From: Desulfobacteraceae bacterium
GTDB lineage: Bacteria; Desulfobacterota; Desulfobacteria; Desulfobacterales; Desulfatirhabdiaceae
Length of the DNA stretch: 64,000 nucleotides
Assembly: GCA_037442625.1 (NCBI GenBank)
Contig: JBBIPX010000001.1
Span: 2,499-66,498, forward strand
Direction: 5' to 3'
Shown: piece after piece, positions 46,305-54,709 of the stretch
How the letters are laid out: the number at the start of each line of letters is the position of its first letter
Position numbering within the stretch: position 1 is the stretch's first letter
Notes under the pieces: generated by a model
Databases searched by the model: none
Told to the model about the DNA's origin: nothing
What the model saw: only the letters and a program-made list of their open reading frames with translations
Program-made: the position numbers and the translations under genes

Positions 46305-47348
46305 TCAGGCGGCCGCCTCTTTTTGCAGTGCCAGAATAATGGCGCGGGAAACATCCGCAAGTCCGACGATTTTATCCACGCCCCCCATTTTGATGGCTTC
46401 CTTGGGCATGCCGAAGACCACGCAGCTTTCTTCATTCTGCGCCAGGGTATACGCCCCGCGCTCCTTCATGGACAAAAGCCCCTTGGCGCCGTCAGCGCCC
46501 ATGCCCGTCAAAATCACCCCGACGGCATTCTTGCCGGCACTTGCGGCGACAGACTGGAAAAGGACATCAACACTGGGGCGCTGGTAATGCACCATGGGGC
46601 CGTCCTTGATTCTGACCAGATAATTACCGCCGCTCCTTTGAAGGAGCATGTGATGGTTTCCCGGCGCAATCAGGGCGACCCCGGGTACCACGGCGTCATT
46701 ATCCCGAGCTTCGCGGACCTCCATCTGACACAGATCATTCAGACGCTTTGCGAATGACGATGTGAAATTCTCCGGCATGTGCTGAACAATGACCGTACCC
46801 GGAGAAGAAACCGGCATGCCGCCGAGGACGACTTCAATCGCCTTTGTCCCGCCGGTTGAAGCGCCGATGGCAATGACCTTGTGCGTTGTATGGGTCAGCA
46901 GCGCGCCCAAGCCGGCCGGAGATTGGTCCGTCTCAGCTTTTTCAGGCGGTTGCTGGATCCGTGCGGAAGCCGCTCCGCGAATCGCACGCACCAGATGCTG
47001 AGAGATGTTCTGCGATGAATAGGCGGTACCCGGCTTCGCCAGCACCTCGACAGCCCCCAGCTCCAGGGCCTTCATCGCCATTTCACTGTTTCTGGGAGTC
47101 AGGGAGCTGAGCACAACGACGGGCATGGGATAATACTTCATCAATTTGGCCAGAAATGAAAGACCATCCATTCGCGGCATTTCCAGATCCAGCGTAATCA
47201 CATCCGGCCGAAGCTTGACAATCTTGTCTCTTGCCACAAAAGGATCCACAGCCGTCCCGATAATCTCGATGTCCTTATATCTGGACAGCTCTTCGGTCAA
47301 TATTTTCCGAACCACCGCTGAATCATCAACAATCAGTACTTTTATCAT
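46305..47348 (-). CDS. cheB: Chemotaxis response regulator protein-glutamate methylesterase
   Basis: REC domain (KVLIVDDS...DVITLDLEMPRMDG) plus the CheB esterase domain (IAIGASTGG, GMGADG). Confidence 0.9.
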   Translation of the reverse strand: MIKVLIVDDSAVVRKILTEELSRYKDIEIIGTAVDPFVARDKIVKLRPDVITLDLEMPRMDGLSFLAKLMKYYPMPVVVLSSLTPRNSEMAMKALELGAVEVLAKPGTAYSSQNISQHLVRAIRGAASARIQQPPEKAETDQSPAGLGALLTHTTHKVIAIGASTGGTKAIEVVLGGMPVSSPGTVIVQHMPENFTSSFAKRLNDLCQMEVREARDNDAVVPGVALIAPGNHHMLLQRSGGNYLVRIKDGPMVHYQRPSVDVLFQSVAASAGKNAVGVILTGMGADGAKGLLSMKERGAYTLAQNEESCVVFGMPKEAIKMGGVDKIVGLADVSRAIILALQKEAAA

Positions 47349-47391
47349 TTTACCGTGCCTGCCCGATTATATATGCCAGAATCATGCCAGA

Positions 47392-47850
47392 CTATTTTTC
47401 CCTGAAAAAATAAATATCACAGGGTTCTTCATCCGCACTCAGTTTTTCCATTGCTGAAGGAATTTGACCTGTCAAGGCCGTTGCAGCTTGCGAAGGGCTT
47501 AATATTTCGGGAGCGCCAATGTGAAACACCGTCTCATCACCGCCGACAACCGGAAGCCAGTTTCCGCAGATAATGTTTGCGGTTTCTTTCAGAGCATCGT
47601 TCAGATGATTCTGCTCAACATCTTCACTGTCAATCCCCAGCATATTTGCTGTCAGTTCTTTTAACGCCGCCTCCGTCATCACCACAGCGAGCCTGCCTGA
47701 AAATACGCCGGTAAACGATACTTCAGCCGTCACCGCGTTCTGAAACGGTATCGGTTCCCGGAAAGAATCGGATATAAAAAACATAAACGCCAGTTTCTCC
47801 AAAGATTCACTGACGATTTTGCTCAATGTCTTTTTCTGAGGATTATCCAT
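47392..47850 (-). CDS. cheX: CheX/CheC-like CheY-P phosphatase
   Basis: The active-site pattern D-x3-E-x2-N (DALKETAN) is followed by a Pro about 21 residues later. The ATG at 47850 overlaps the cheY stop by 8 nt. I rejected the ORF-track start at 47913. Confidence 0.7.
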   Translation of the reverse strand: MDNPQKKTLSKIVSESLEKLAFMFFISDSFREPIPFQNAVTAEVSFTGVFSGRLAVVMTEAALKELTANMLGIDSEDVEQNHLNDALKETANIICGNWLPVVGGDETVFHIGAPEILSPSQAATALTGQIPSAMEKLSADEEPCDIYFFREK

Positions 47851-48256
47851 GACTTTCTCCCGTACCGAGGCTCTGACCGAGACTCTGACCGAGACTCTGA
47901 TTGACGGCATCACGAATCATTTCCGGTGTGAACGGTTTGCGGATGAAACTGGCGCCCATTTTCATCAGCTTGTCAATCCGGGGCTTGGAGCCTTCGGTCG
48001 AGACGACAATAACGGGAATATCCCGGGTCTCGGGATTTTCCTTCATGCGGATCATCATTTCTTCGCCATTCATCACGGGCATGTTGATATCCAGGATCAC
48101 CAGATCCGTCCACTGCCGGCCGAGAATTTCCAGTCCCTCGGCACCGTTTGAAGCCCCGTAAACATCGCCAAGAGAAAGCCCGCTCATGCGCAGCGTTTTC
48201 AGAATCATTGCCCGCATGACGCTGCTGTCATCCACAATAAGGATGTTTATTCCCAT
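47843..48256 (-). CDS. cheY: Chemotaxis response regulator CheY with (QSLG)3 tail
   Basis: A single REC domain (ILIVDDS, LVILDINMPVMNG, RKPF) with a C-terminal tail NQSLGQSLGQSLGTGESHG. Confidence 0.9.
   Translation of the reverse strand: MGINILIVDDSSVMRAMILKTLRMSGLSLGDVYGASNGAEGLEILGRQWTDLVILDINMPVMNGEEMMIRMKENPETRDIPVIVVSTEGSKPRIDKLMKMGASFIRKPFTPEMIRDAVNQSLGQSLGQSLGTGESHG
47865..47900. repeat. 3 x 12-nt tandem repeat (ccgagRctctga)
   Basis: Copies at 47865-47876, 47877-47888 and 47889-47900, read directly. They encode the QSLG repeats of the CheY tail just upstream of the cheX start. Confidence 0.85.
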
Positions 48257-48304
48257 AACTCAACTCTCCCGGTTTTTATCCGCATTCTTTCCAATTTAAA
48301 ACAG

Positions 48305-48327
48305 CCGCGGAGCTTTCAGCGCCGCGG
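48305..48327 (-). terminator. GC-rich hairpin plus short T-run between the HDOD gene and cheY (possible attenuator)
   Basis: The minus strand reads CCGCGGCGCTGAAAGCTCCGCGG, about 10 bp with one mismatch, followed by CTGTTTTAAA. Confidence 0.35.
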
Positions 48328-48337
48328 ATAAGCAGGA

Positions 48338-49192
48338 TCAGGAATCCGCCTGAAGAGAAGCTGCCAGATCATTCGCCCATTGCAGTGTCTGACTCACCAC
48401 CCTTTCAAGATGTTCTTCGGAAAGACCGATCCGCTCACAAGCCGCAGGTGACGGCCGATACTGGAGCCCTTCCCTGCCGACGCCGATCCCGGACATCAGG
48501 CACAATACATCCGCCACATGCACCACATCGATCATGGGGCCGGGTTTGGGTGCGGAATCCGGCTCATGGTGCCATCGCACCGCGCCGATTATTGCCGGCG
48601 GAAATGACCAGCGCTTCAAAATATTGGCGCCGATTTCAGCATGGTCGATTCCGAACATGCTGCGTTCGACCTGTTCAAAGGGCACGTCCTGCATCTCTTC
48701 CCCGTCTACAACGACGATATCCTCCTTGACATATTTCCCCAGCACCATTTTGCCGACATCATGGAGGAGGGCCGCCGTGAAAACCTCATCGGATACCGAT
48801 AATTTCAGCTCTTTCACCAAAGTTTCCGAAGCCACGGATACGCCCACGGAGTGCCGCCACAGGTCACCGGCCGACAAGTCATATCCCTGCACGGGCTTGT
48901 CAATGATGGCGCTGACACAGGAAGCCAGAACGATCTGCGTCAATTTTTTCCATCCAATCATCAGAATCGCCTGCCGGATCGAACCAATCTTTGTGGGAAG
49001 ACCGAAATAAGCGGAATTGGTCAGCTTGAGGATATTGGCCGTCAGGCCTGGCTCGTACCTTAAGATCTGCTCGATCTGCGCATTGGATGTGTTCTCGTCC
49101 TTCAGCAGCGTCAGCAGTTTCAGCGCCGCGGCAGGCATACTGGGAAAAGACTTCACATCATCCAGGATTAATTTCAGTTCTCTTTGGTTCAC
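48338..49192 (-). CDS. HDOD-domain signalling protein
   Basis: FPSMPAAALKLLTLL...LLHDVGKMVL...HAEIGANILKRW is typical of HDOD. The GTG start overlaps the cheD stop (GTGA). Confidence 0.8.
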   Translation of the reverse strand: MNQRELKLILDDVKSFPSMPAAALKLLTLLKDENTSNAQIEQILRYEPGLTANILKLTNSAYFGLPTKIGSIRQAILMIGWKKLTQIVLASCVSAIIDKPVQGYDLSAGDLWRHSVGVSVASETLVKELKLSVSDEVFTAALLHDVGKMVLGKYVKEDIVVVDGEEMQDVPFEQVERSMFGIDHAEIGANILKRWSFPPAIIGAVRWHHEPDSAPKPGPMIDVVHVADVLCLMSGIGVGREGLQYRPSPAACERIGLSEEHLERVVSQTLQWANDLAASLQADS

Positions 49193-49662
49193 AGCTCTTT
49201 TTTAACTCCTTTACTGCTGATTGTCACCTGGCCTGTTGACAGGTCGAAATAAACCGTACGACTGGCTATCCCTCCCACATCCTCAGCTTCGATCAAGATA
49301 TTATTCTTCCAGAGCAGTTTTTTCAGGATGGTATAATTGCGTTCACCGATTTTAAACATTTCACTGTTGCCCAAAGGCTGTCCGCATCCGGCAGCTTTTA
49401 CCACCATGCGGTTTTTTTGCCCCCCCAGATCATACAATTGCCTAAAAATTTCCGGAACTCCCGTATCAACGAACATGTAGGGATTTTCAGAGGCTTTTTG
49501 CAGATTGATTTTTGAAAGCGGCAGCATGGCATGCAGAAGCCCGCCGACCTGAGCTGCCGGATCATAGACCATCAGACCCAAACAGCTTCCCAGTGCATGG
49601 GTGACGATCAAGTCTTCCCTGCATCCTGTTTTCATATCACCAACTGCTACGACATGATTCAT
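49189..49662 (-). CDS. cheD: Chemoreceptor glutamine deamidase CheD (canonical)
   Basis: THALGSCLGLMVYD and GGLLHAMLP retain the Thr/Cys/His catalytic residues. Confidence 0.85.
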   Translation of the reverse strand: MNHVVAVGDMKTGCREDLIVTHALGSCLGLMVYDPAAQVGGLLHAMLPLSKINLQKASENPYMFVDTGVPEIFRQLYDLGGQKNRMVVKAAGCGQPLGNSEMFKIGERNYTILKKLLWKNNILIEAEDVGGIASRTVYFDLSTGQVTISSKGVKKEL

Positions 49663-49693
49663 TTTTACCTGTCTGTTCTTTAGATAGGATCCG

Positions 49694-49720
49694 TTTACGG
49701 CAGAATATACTACAAGTTTA
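49694..49720 (-). promoter_or_regulatory. Sigma-28 (FliA) promoter candidate upstream of cheD
   Basis: The minus strand reads TAAACTTG-N11-GCCGTAAA (6/8 and 6/8 matches to the consensus, exact spacing). It lies in the 115-nt cheR-cheD gap. Confidence 0.5.
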
Positions 49721-49777
49721 TATCACCATCCGCAAGACAGGATCATGGGGAAAATCCCTCATGCGGCGCCGGTTTTC

Positions 49778-50593
49778 TTATTTTCGATAAGTCGCCGGAC
49801 GAATGTATCTGAATTTGTGCGTAATGGCCGACAGTCCTTCCGAATGGCCCACAAAAAGATACCCGCCGGTCTCAAGAAGCTCCCAGAAACGGCTGATCAA
49901 CTGCTGCTGCGTTGCCCGATCAAAATAAATCATCACATTGCGGCATAAAATCACCTGAAACGGCCCTTTCATCGGCCATGAATCCATCAGATTCAGTCGG
50001 GCCAGGCGAACCATGGACCGGACAGGATCGGAAACCCGGTAGGCGCATGCGGTATTTCGAGATTTGACAAAATACTTTTGCAGAAACGACGGGGGAAGAT
50101 CCTTCAGCGTATCTTCAGAATATAGGGCTGTCGCGCCTTTTTCGAGCATTCTTCTGGAAATATCCGTGGCCAGAATCCGGATATCCCTGCGGTCCACGTC
50201 CGACAGGTGTTCTCTGAGCAGCATGGCCAGCGAATAGGGCTCTTCACCCGATGAGCAGGCTGCGCTCCAGAACCGCATCCGCATTTCCTTGAATTGCGGC
50301 AGTATCTTATCCCGCAAGAAGTTGAAATGTTCCATTTCTCTGAAAAAACTGGTCTTGTTTGTGGTCATGGCATCAATCATTTGATCCAGCTCATGATCCC
50401 CGGCCTTGCTTTCGATGAGCTCCAGATAGGATTCCACGGATCCCATGCCGATGGCGCGAAACCGCTTCATCAACCTTGCCTTCACCAATGCTTCCTTGCC
50501 GTCCTTCAGATTGATGCCGCAATGCCGGTATACCAGATCCGATATTTTCCGGAATTGTCTGTCATTCAGTTCATGGGATAACGGCATCATCAT
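49778..50593 (-). CDS. cheR: Chemotaxis protein methyltransferase
   Basis: The N-terminal helical domain LNDRQFRKISDLVYRHCGI plus the SAM-MTase region (FWSAACSSGEEPYS) fit CheR. Confidence 0.9.
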   Translation of the reverse strand: MMMPLSHELNDRQFRKISDLVYRHCGINLKDGKEALVKARLMKRFRAIGMGSVESYLELIESKAGDHELDQMIDAMTTNKTSFFREMEHFNFLRDKILPQFKEMRMRFWSAACSSGEEPYSLAMLLREHLSDVDRRDIRILATDISRRMLEKGATALYSEDTLKDLPPSFLQKYFVKSRNTACAYRVSDPVRSMVRLARLNLMDSWPMKGPFQVILCRNVMIYFDRATQQQLISRFWELLETGGYLFVGHSEGLSAITHKFRYIRPATYRK

Positions 50594-53136
50594 TGACAGA
50601 CCCCGTCCGATCGGTCTTCCTTCCTGTCGGGTGCAGTCTCGGATGTCAACTTCATCAGCCCCGCGATATCCACGATCAGCCCCACCCTTCCGTTCGGCAT
50701 GATGGCGCCGCCGGATATTCCGGGTATTTTCTGCATGGTTTCCCCAAGGGTTTTGATCACCACCTGCTGCCTGCCGACCAGCTCGTCGATAATCAGCCCG
50801 GCCTGGTTCCCGTCGTCTTCGATCACCACCACCAGCTCTTCAGAATCATCGCCGCAGTCCTCGATTTCGTAAAGGCGGGTCATCCGATACAGGGGAATCA
50901 GTTTTCCCTGAAGAGACAGCACCCGCCCCTTGTTGAAAACCGTTGAAATATCCTTGGGGTCCGGCTTGATGGATCGTACGATCGAGACGGTTGGAATGAC
51001 ATATGTTTCCTGGCCGGCCCTTAAAACCATGCCATCGATGATCGCAAGGGTCAACGGAAGGCTCATCCGGAAAACTGAGCCCTTTCCCGGCTCTGACGTT
51101 ATCTCGACCTGGCCGCGAAGGGATTCGATATTTTTTTTCACCACGTCCATCCCGACACCCCGGCCCGACACATCGGTAACCACTTCAGCCGTTGAAAAAC
51201 CGGGCTCCAGAATCAGGTTGCACACATCGCGGTCGCTTATCGCCGAACAGTCCGTGACCATCCCCCTTTCAATGGCCTTTGACAGGATGGCTTTTCGATC
51301 TAGCCCCTTGCCGTCATCAATGATCTGAACCACCACACTGCCCGCGGAATGAAAAGCAGACAGTTTCACGGTGCCACTGGGCGGTTTTCCATTTTTCTTT
51401 CGCACTTCCGGAGACTCGATGCCATGATCCACGGCATTTCTGACCATGTGGACCAGGGGGTCATTGATCACATCCACAAGATTTCTATCAATCTCGGTAT
51501 CTTCCCCTTCCGTAACAAACGTAACGTTTTTCCCCACTTTTCGGGCAACGTCGCGAACCAGCCGCGCCATTTTCTGGAATGTCGCCTTCAGCGGCACCAT
51601 GCGCATCGACATGGACAGATCCTGAAGTCCCCGGACGATTTTGCTGGTATGATTCACTTTTTTCAGAAGCTCATAGTGTGCGGAATGAACGACCACGCTG
51701 TCCTGCGCCACCATGGAATGGGCTATCACCATTTCGCCGACCATGTCGATCAGGCGATCCAGACGATCCGTGCTGACCCGAACCGATGTTTCGACAAATT
51801 GCTTGGGGGAACCTTTCATGCGCTCCTGGGTGCGAAGGGCATGCGCCACATCGGTTGTCGATGCCGTACCGGTTTTGATCGCCGCCATTCCCAGGGGCTC
51901 TTCCGGATGATCCTGCGCCAGAATCTCGATGGTCTGCCTGTCGGCTTTGCCCTGGGCTACCAGAATATCCCCGATTCTGGCGGATGCCGCATCATCCCTT
52001 TCTTCCGAAACACCGGCCGCCTCCGGATTTATCAGGACATCCATCAGGGCATCATATCCACCGGGTTTGATCAGCGGATCTCCCCCAAGCGCCTTTTCAA
52101 CCGAATGCATCAGAGTCTTAAGCATATCCAGTGACCGCAGGGCAAGATCCGCATAGCCGCCCTGATACCGGATCTCCTTGTCGCGAACCCTGCTGAGCAG
52201 GGATTCCGCGTGATGCCCCATTTCTGAAAGAAGGGACAGCTCCAGAAAAGCGGAGGTTCCTTTTATCGTATGAAAAGCACGAAATACCGTTCCCACGGCA
52301 TCCATGTCTTCCGGGTTCACTTCAAGTTCAAGAAGCGCTTCCTCGGCACGTGCAATCAGATCGTTTGCCTCGGCAACAAATTCGCCGATAAGATCGGTGT
52401 CCGGGTCTTTGGGCATATAATCCTGCAGGGCATCGGCTTCTTGCCGGGGAGGCGCCTTGACTCCGGTCGGCTCCGGCCGGATGTCATCCGGATTTTCCAT
52501 CAGTTGACCGGCCCGCTCAACACAGGTACCCGCTTCGGTCCAGGCATCCGTCAGACTGTCCCCATCGAGCAGCGGCATCGCATCCAGTATTTCTATTGAC
52601 TTAAGTATCTGATCTTTAACTAAAGCATGCAGGCCGTCGCGTTCGCAAAGAGCCGCCAGCGATTGTCTGATCCCGGATACACCCGGCGCATCCTCGGGTT
52701 CCATCTGAACCCATAGCGCAGCAAGATCGTTCAAATCAGCCTGAATTACGGAATGGTTCCCGGAATCAGCGGAGATAGCCTCCGATAGCGCCGGACCTCC
52801 GGAGATGATCTGATGCAGGGATTGAATCGCAGAATCAATGACACCGGCTGGAACAGCCCCGTCCGCCAGACACTGTTTGCAGATATCGAGGCCCTTGCTT
52901 ACGGCCTCGACCGCTGCAAAATTATTGCACGCCGTTTTAAGGACAATTGCGTTGACCCCCTGAACAGATGACTCAAGAACCTGACACAGGTCGCTGAATG
53001 CATCGGGTATGCACGGGAGAATTTCCTGTAGTTCGGTGCAGACCGCATGCCACCCGTCGATGTCATTCAGGCCGATGGTTTCTACCGTGTCAATAACGGG
53101 CTGGAGCTTTTGGATGATTTCTTCATTTGGATTCAT
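50590..53136 (-). CDS. cheA: Chemotaxis histidine kinase CheA with about 250-aa N-terminal extension and atypical P2 region
   Basis: The Hpt motif FHTIKGTSAF has its His at about residue 289. The P3 (STDRLDRLIDMVGE), P4 (HMVRNAVDHG, GRGVGMD) and P5 CheW-like domains are all present. Confidence 0.9.
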   Translation of the reverse strand: MNPNEEIIQKLQPVIDTVETIGLNDIDGWHAVCTELQEILPCIPDAFSDLCQVLESSVQGVNAIVLKTACNNFAAVEAVSKGLDICKQCLADGAVPAGVIDSAIQSLHQIISGGPALSEAISADSGNHSVIQADLNDLAALWVQMEPEDAPGVSGIRQSLAALCERDGLHALVKDQILKSIEILDAMPLLDGDSLTDAWTEAGTCVERAGQLMENPDDIRPEPTGVKAPPRQEADALQDYMPKDPDTDLIGEFVAEANDLIARAEEALLELEVNPEDMDAVGTVFRAFHTIKGTSAFLELSLLSEMGHHAESLLSRVRDKEIRYQGGYADLALRSLDMLKTLMHSVEKALGGDPLIKPGGYDALMDVLINPEAAGVSEERDDAASARIGDILVAQGKADRQTIEILAQDHPEEPLGMAAIKTGTASTTDVAHALRTQERMKGSPKQFVETSVRVSTDRLDRLIDMVGEMVIAHSMVAQDSVVVHSAHYELLKKVNHTSKIVRGLQDLSMSMRMVPLKATFQKMARLVRDVARKVGKNVTFVTEGEDTEIDRNLVDVINDPLVHMVRNAVDHGIESPEVRKKNGKPPSGTVKLSAFHSAGSVVVQIIDDGKGLDRKAILSKAIERGMVTDCSAISDRDVCNLILEPGFSTAEVVTDVSGRGVGMDVVKKNIESLRGQVEITSEPGKGSVFRMSLPLTLAIIDGMVLRAGQETYVIPTVSIVRSIKPDPKDISTVFNKGRVLSLQGKLIPLYRMTRLYEIEDCGDDSEELVVVIEDDGNQAGLIIDELVGRQQVVIKTLGETMQKIPGISGGAIMPNGRVGLIVDIAGLMKLTSETAPDRKEDRSDGVCQ

Positions 53137-53256
53137 GGAATTGACCGTAGTAAGGGATAATTAATAAAAGATTCGGGCGGCGGAAGGGCGGCGGCCGGTA
53201 ACCCCGAGGCGCCCTTGCATCTAGAAAAGAAATCCATGCGGGCGTTGCAGGGCTTA

Positions 53257-53757
53257 TTATACGGAGTTTGACAGGACCGTGCCGCAAACGTCCCCCTGAT
53301 ACATTTTTCCGGTGCGGAAATATACCGGAGTCGGCGTCACCAATTGCACGATCAGGTTGATGGAAGATCGAATCAGTTTCAGAGAATGCGTTATCAATGA
53401 CTTGATCATTTCATTTTCACGCTGGATGCTTTGAACCAGCAAATGAATATCGTCGGCGCACCGAATCAGTTTCAAGGAAAAGGGTGCTTGCACGCGCTTG
53501 GCCAGTTGCATCAGGGTGAGGTCCTGAAAAGGGCACCCCAGATGCGCGGATATCTTTTTAACCGCATCCTTTCGCTTTTCATCTCCGGCATGAATCAAGG
53601 TCAGAACAGCTTCTTTCTGGATTCGAGCGGCGTTCACCGCATCCAGCTTTGCGCTGATAACCGCTTTTTTTTCATGTTTCAGCGCATCCAGAAGCGAGCT
53701 GTAAAGTTCGGATTGATGCTCCAGCACCGCTATCAAGTCTCTTAGCATAGTTTCCAT
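53257..53757 (-). CDS. flgN: FlgN-family flagellar export chaperone
   Basis: METMLRDLIAVLEHQSELYSSLLDALKHEKKAVIS is the typical FlgN N-terminal helix pattern. It sits downstream of flgM. Confidence 0.65.
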   Translation of the reverse strand: METMLRDLIAVLEHQSELYSSLLDALKHEKKAVISAKLDAVNAARIQKEAVLTLIHAGDEKRKDAVKKISAHLGCPFQDLTLMQLAKRVQAPFSLKLIRCADDIHLLVQSIQRENEMIKSLITHSLKLIRSSINLIVQLVTPTPVYFRTGKMYQGDVCGTVLSNSV

Positions 53758-53854
53758 TTTATCGCCTGTTTTTGTAAAATCATCCCGGATTTTTCAGCCC
53801 GAAACGATTGAAACGACTGTTTTACGAGCCGCGGTTCGCTTTCAGGCAGAAAGC

Positions 53855-54169
53855 CTACAAGAGCTCATTCAGGAGCGATTCGCCAATGAGGCGATGCGCT
53901 ATTTTTTCCGATGAAACCGGGTAAGTTCCCCGGCTGATCTGATTTTTGATTTCAGACACTTTTTCGGCCCGGACATCGGGGATTTCCTGCAACTGGGTAT
54001 TGGCCATCTGAATCTCTTTTGCCATGGGCGACAACAGCACCCGGTCCTGGCAGGATTCCGACGCGGATTGGCCGCAGGATGCATTCGCATTTCCCCGAAG
54101 CTTGGGGGTCTTCTGGCTGGTATAGGCTTTTATGCCCGCTGGCTGATTTCTTCCGATGATGTTCACCAT
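53855..54169 (-). CDS. flgM: Anti-sigma-28 factor FlgM
   Basis: The C-terminus VRAEKVSEIKNQISRGTYPVSSEKIAHRLI is the conserved FlgM sigma-28-binding region. The ATG at 54169 follows AGGAG. Confidence 0.75.
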   Translation of the reverse strand: MVNIIGRNQPAGIKAYTSQKTPKLRGNANASCGQSASESCQDRVLLSPMAKEIQMANTQLQEIPDVRAEKVSEIKNQISRGTYPVSSEKIAHRLIGESLLNELL

Positions 54170-54208
54170 AGGATACTCCTTCTCGTATTGATGATTTCCC
54201 TGCAAGGA

Positions 54209-54236
54209 ATATCAGCCGTTATCCGCCAAAACTTTA
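54209..54236 (-). promoter_or_regulatory. Sigma-28 (FliA) promoter candidate upstream of flgMN
   Basis: The minus strand reads TAAAGTTT (a perfect -35, 54229-54236), N12, then GCTGATAT (54209-54216). Confidence 0.5.
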
Positions 54237-54287
54237 ATAATATTTCTCACTCCTTTGCCGGCATCCGAAAACAATCGGGGGTTACCG

Positions 54288-54647
54288 TCACTGCCCGCCG
54301 TCGGCGGATCGCTTCGCCGGATCGGCATTGCCGGATTCCGGAACTGATTCCAACTGATTGCGGACCATTGAAGAAAGCCCTATTCCGCCGGATGCGGAAA
54401 TCGTCTTTGCCATCTCGGCATCCAGCATGTCCGTGAACATCTCTTGCGCCTTTCCGCCGCCCGTCAGTCCGCTCTTGGGAATTGACGCCCGCATTTCCTT
54501 GAACATGTTCTGAATGAACAGGGACTCCATTTCGTTGCTGGCCGAATCGATTTTGGAATCCGGAGAAACCGTGCGGACCGCCCTTGAATTCATCCCCATC
54601 CCTGCATAAGCGCCATAACCGGCGGTTGTCTTAAGCGATATATCCAT
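54288..54647 (-). CDS. flgJ: Rod-binding protein (single-domain FlgJ, no muramidase domain)
   Basis: NEMESLFIQNMFKEMRASIP...EMFTDMLDAEMAK is the FlgJ N-terminal rod-binding motif. The protein is only about 119 aa. ATG at 54647. Confidence 0.75.
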   Translation of the reverse strand: MDISLKTTAGYGAYAGMGMNSRAVRTVSPDSKIDSASNEMESLFIQNMFKEMRASIPKSGLTGGGKAQEMFTDMLDAEMAKTISASGGIGLSSMVRNQLESVPESGNADPAKRSADGGQ

Positions 54648-54709
54648 TTTTTCTCTGCGACCTCTTTTTCCAGGATTTACAAGTAGTTGACGCATGCATC
54701 AACCTTGCA

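Noticed and set aside
51349-52134. 261-aa plus-strand ORF antisense to cheA (and a similar one at 57679-58455 antisense to flgA/flgG)
   Set aside because: These are shadow ORFs inside well-supported flagellar and chemotaxis genes.
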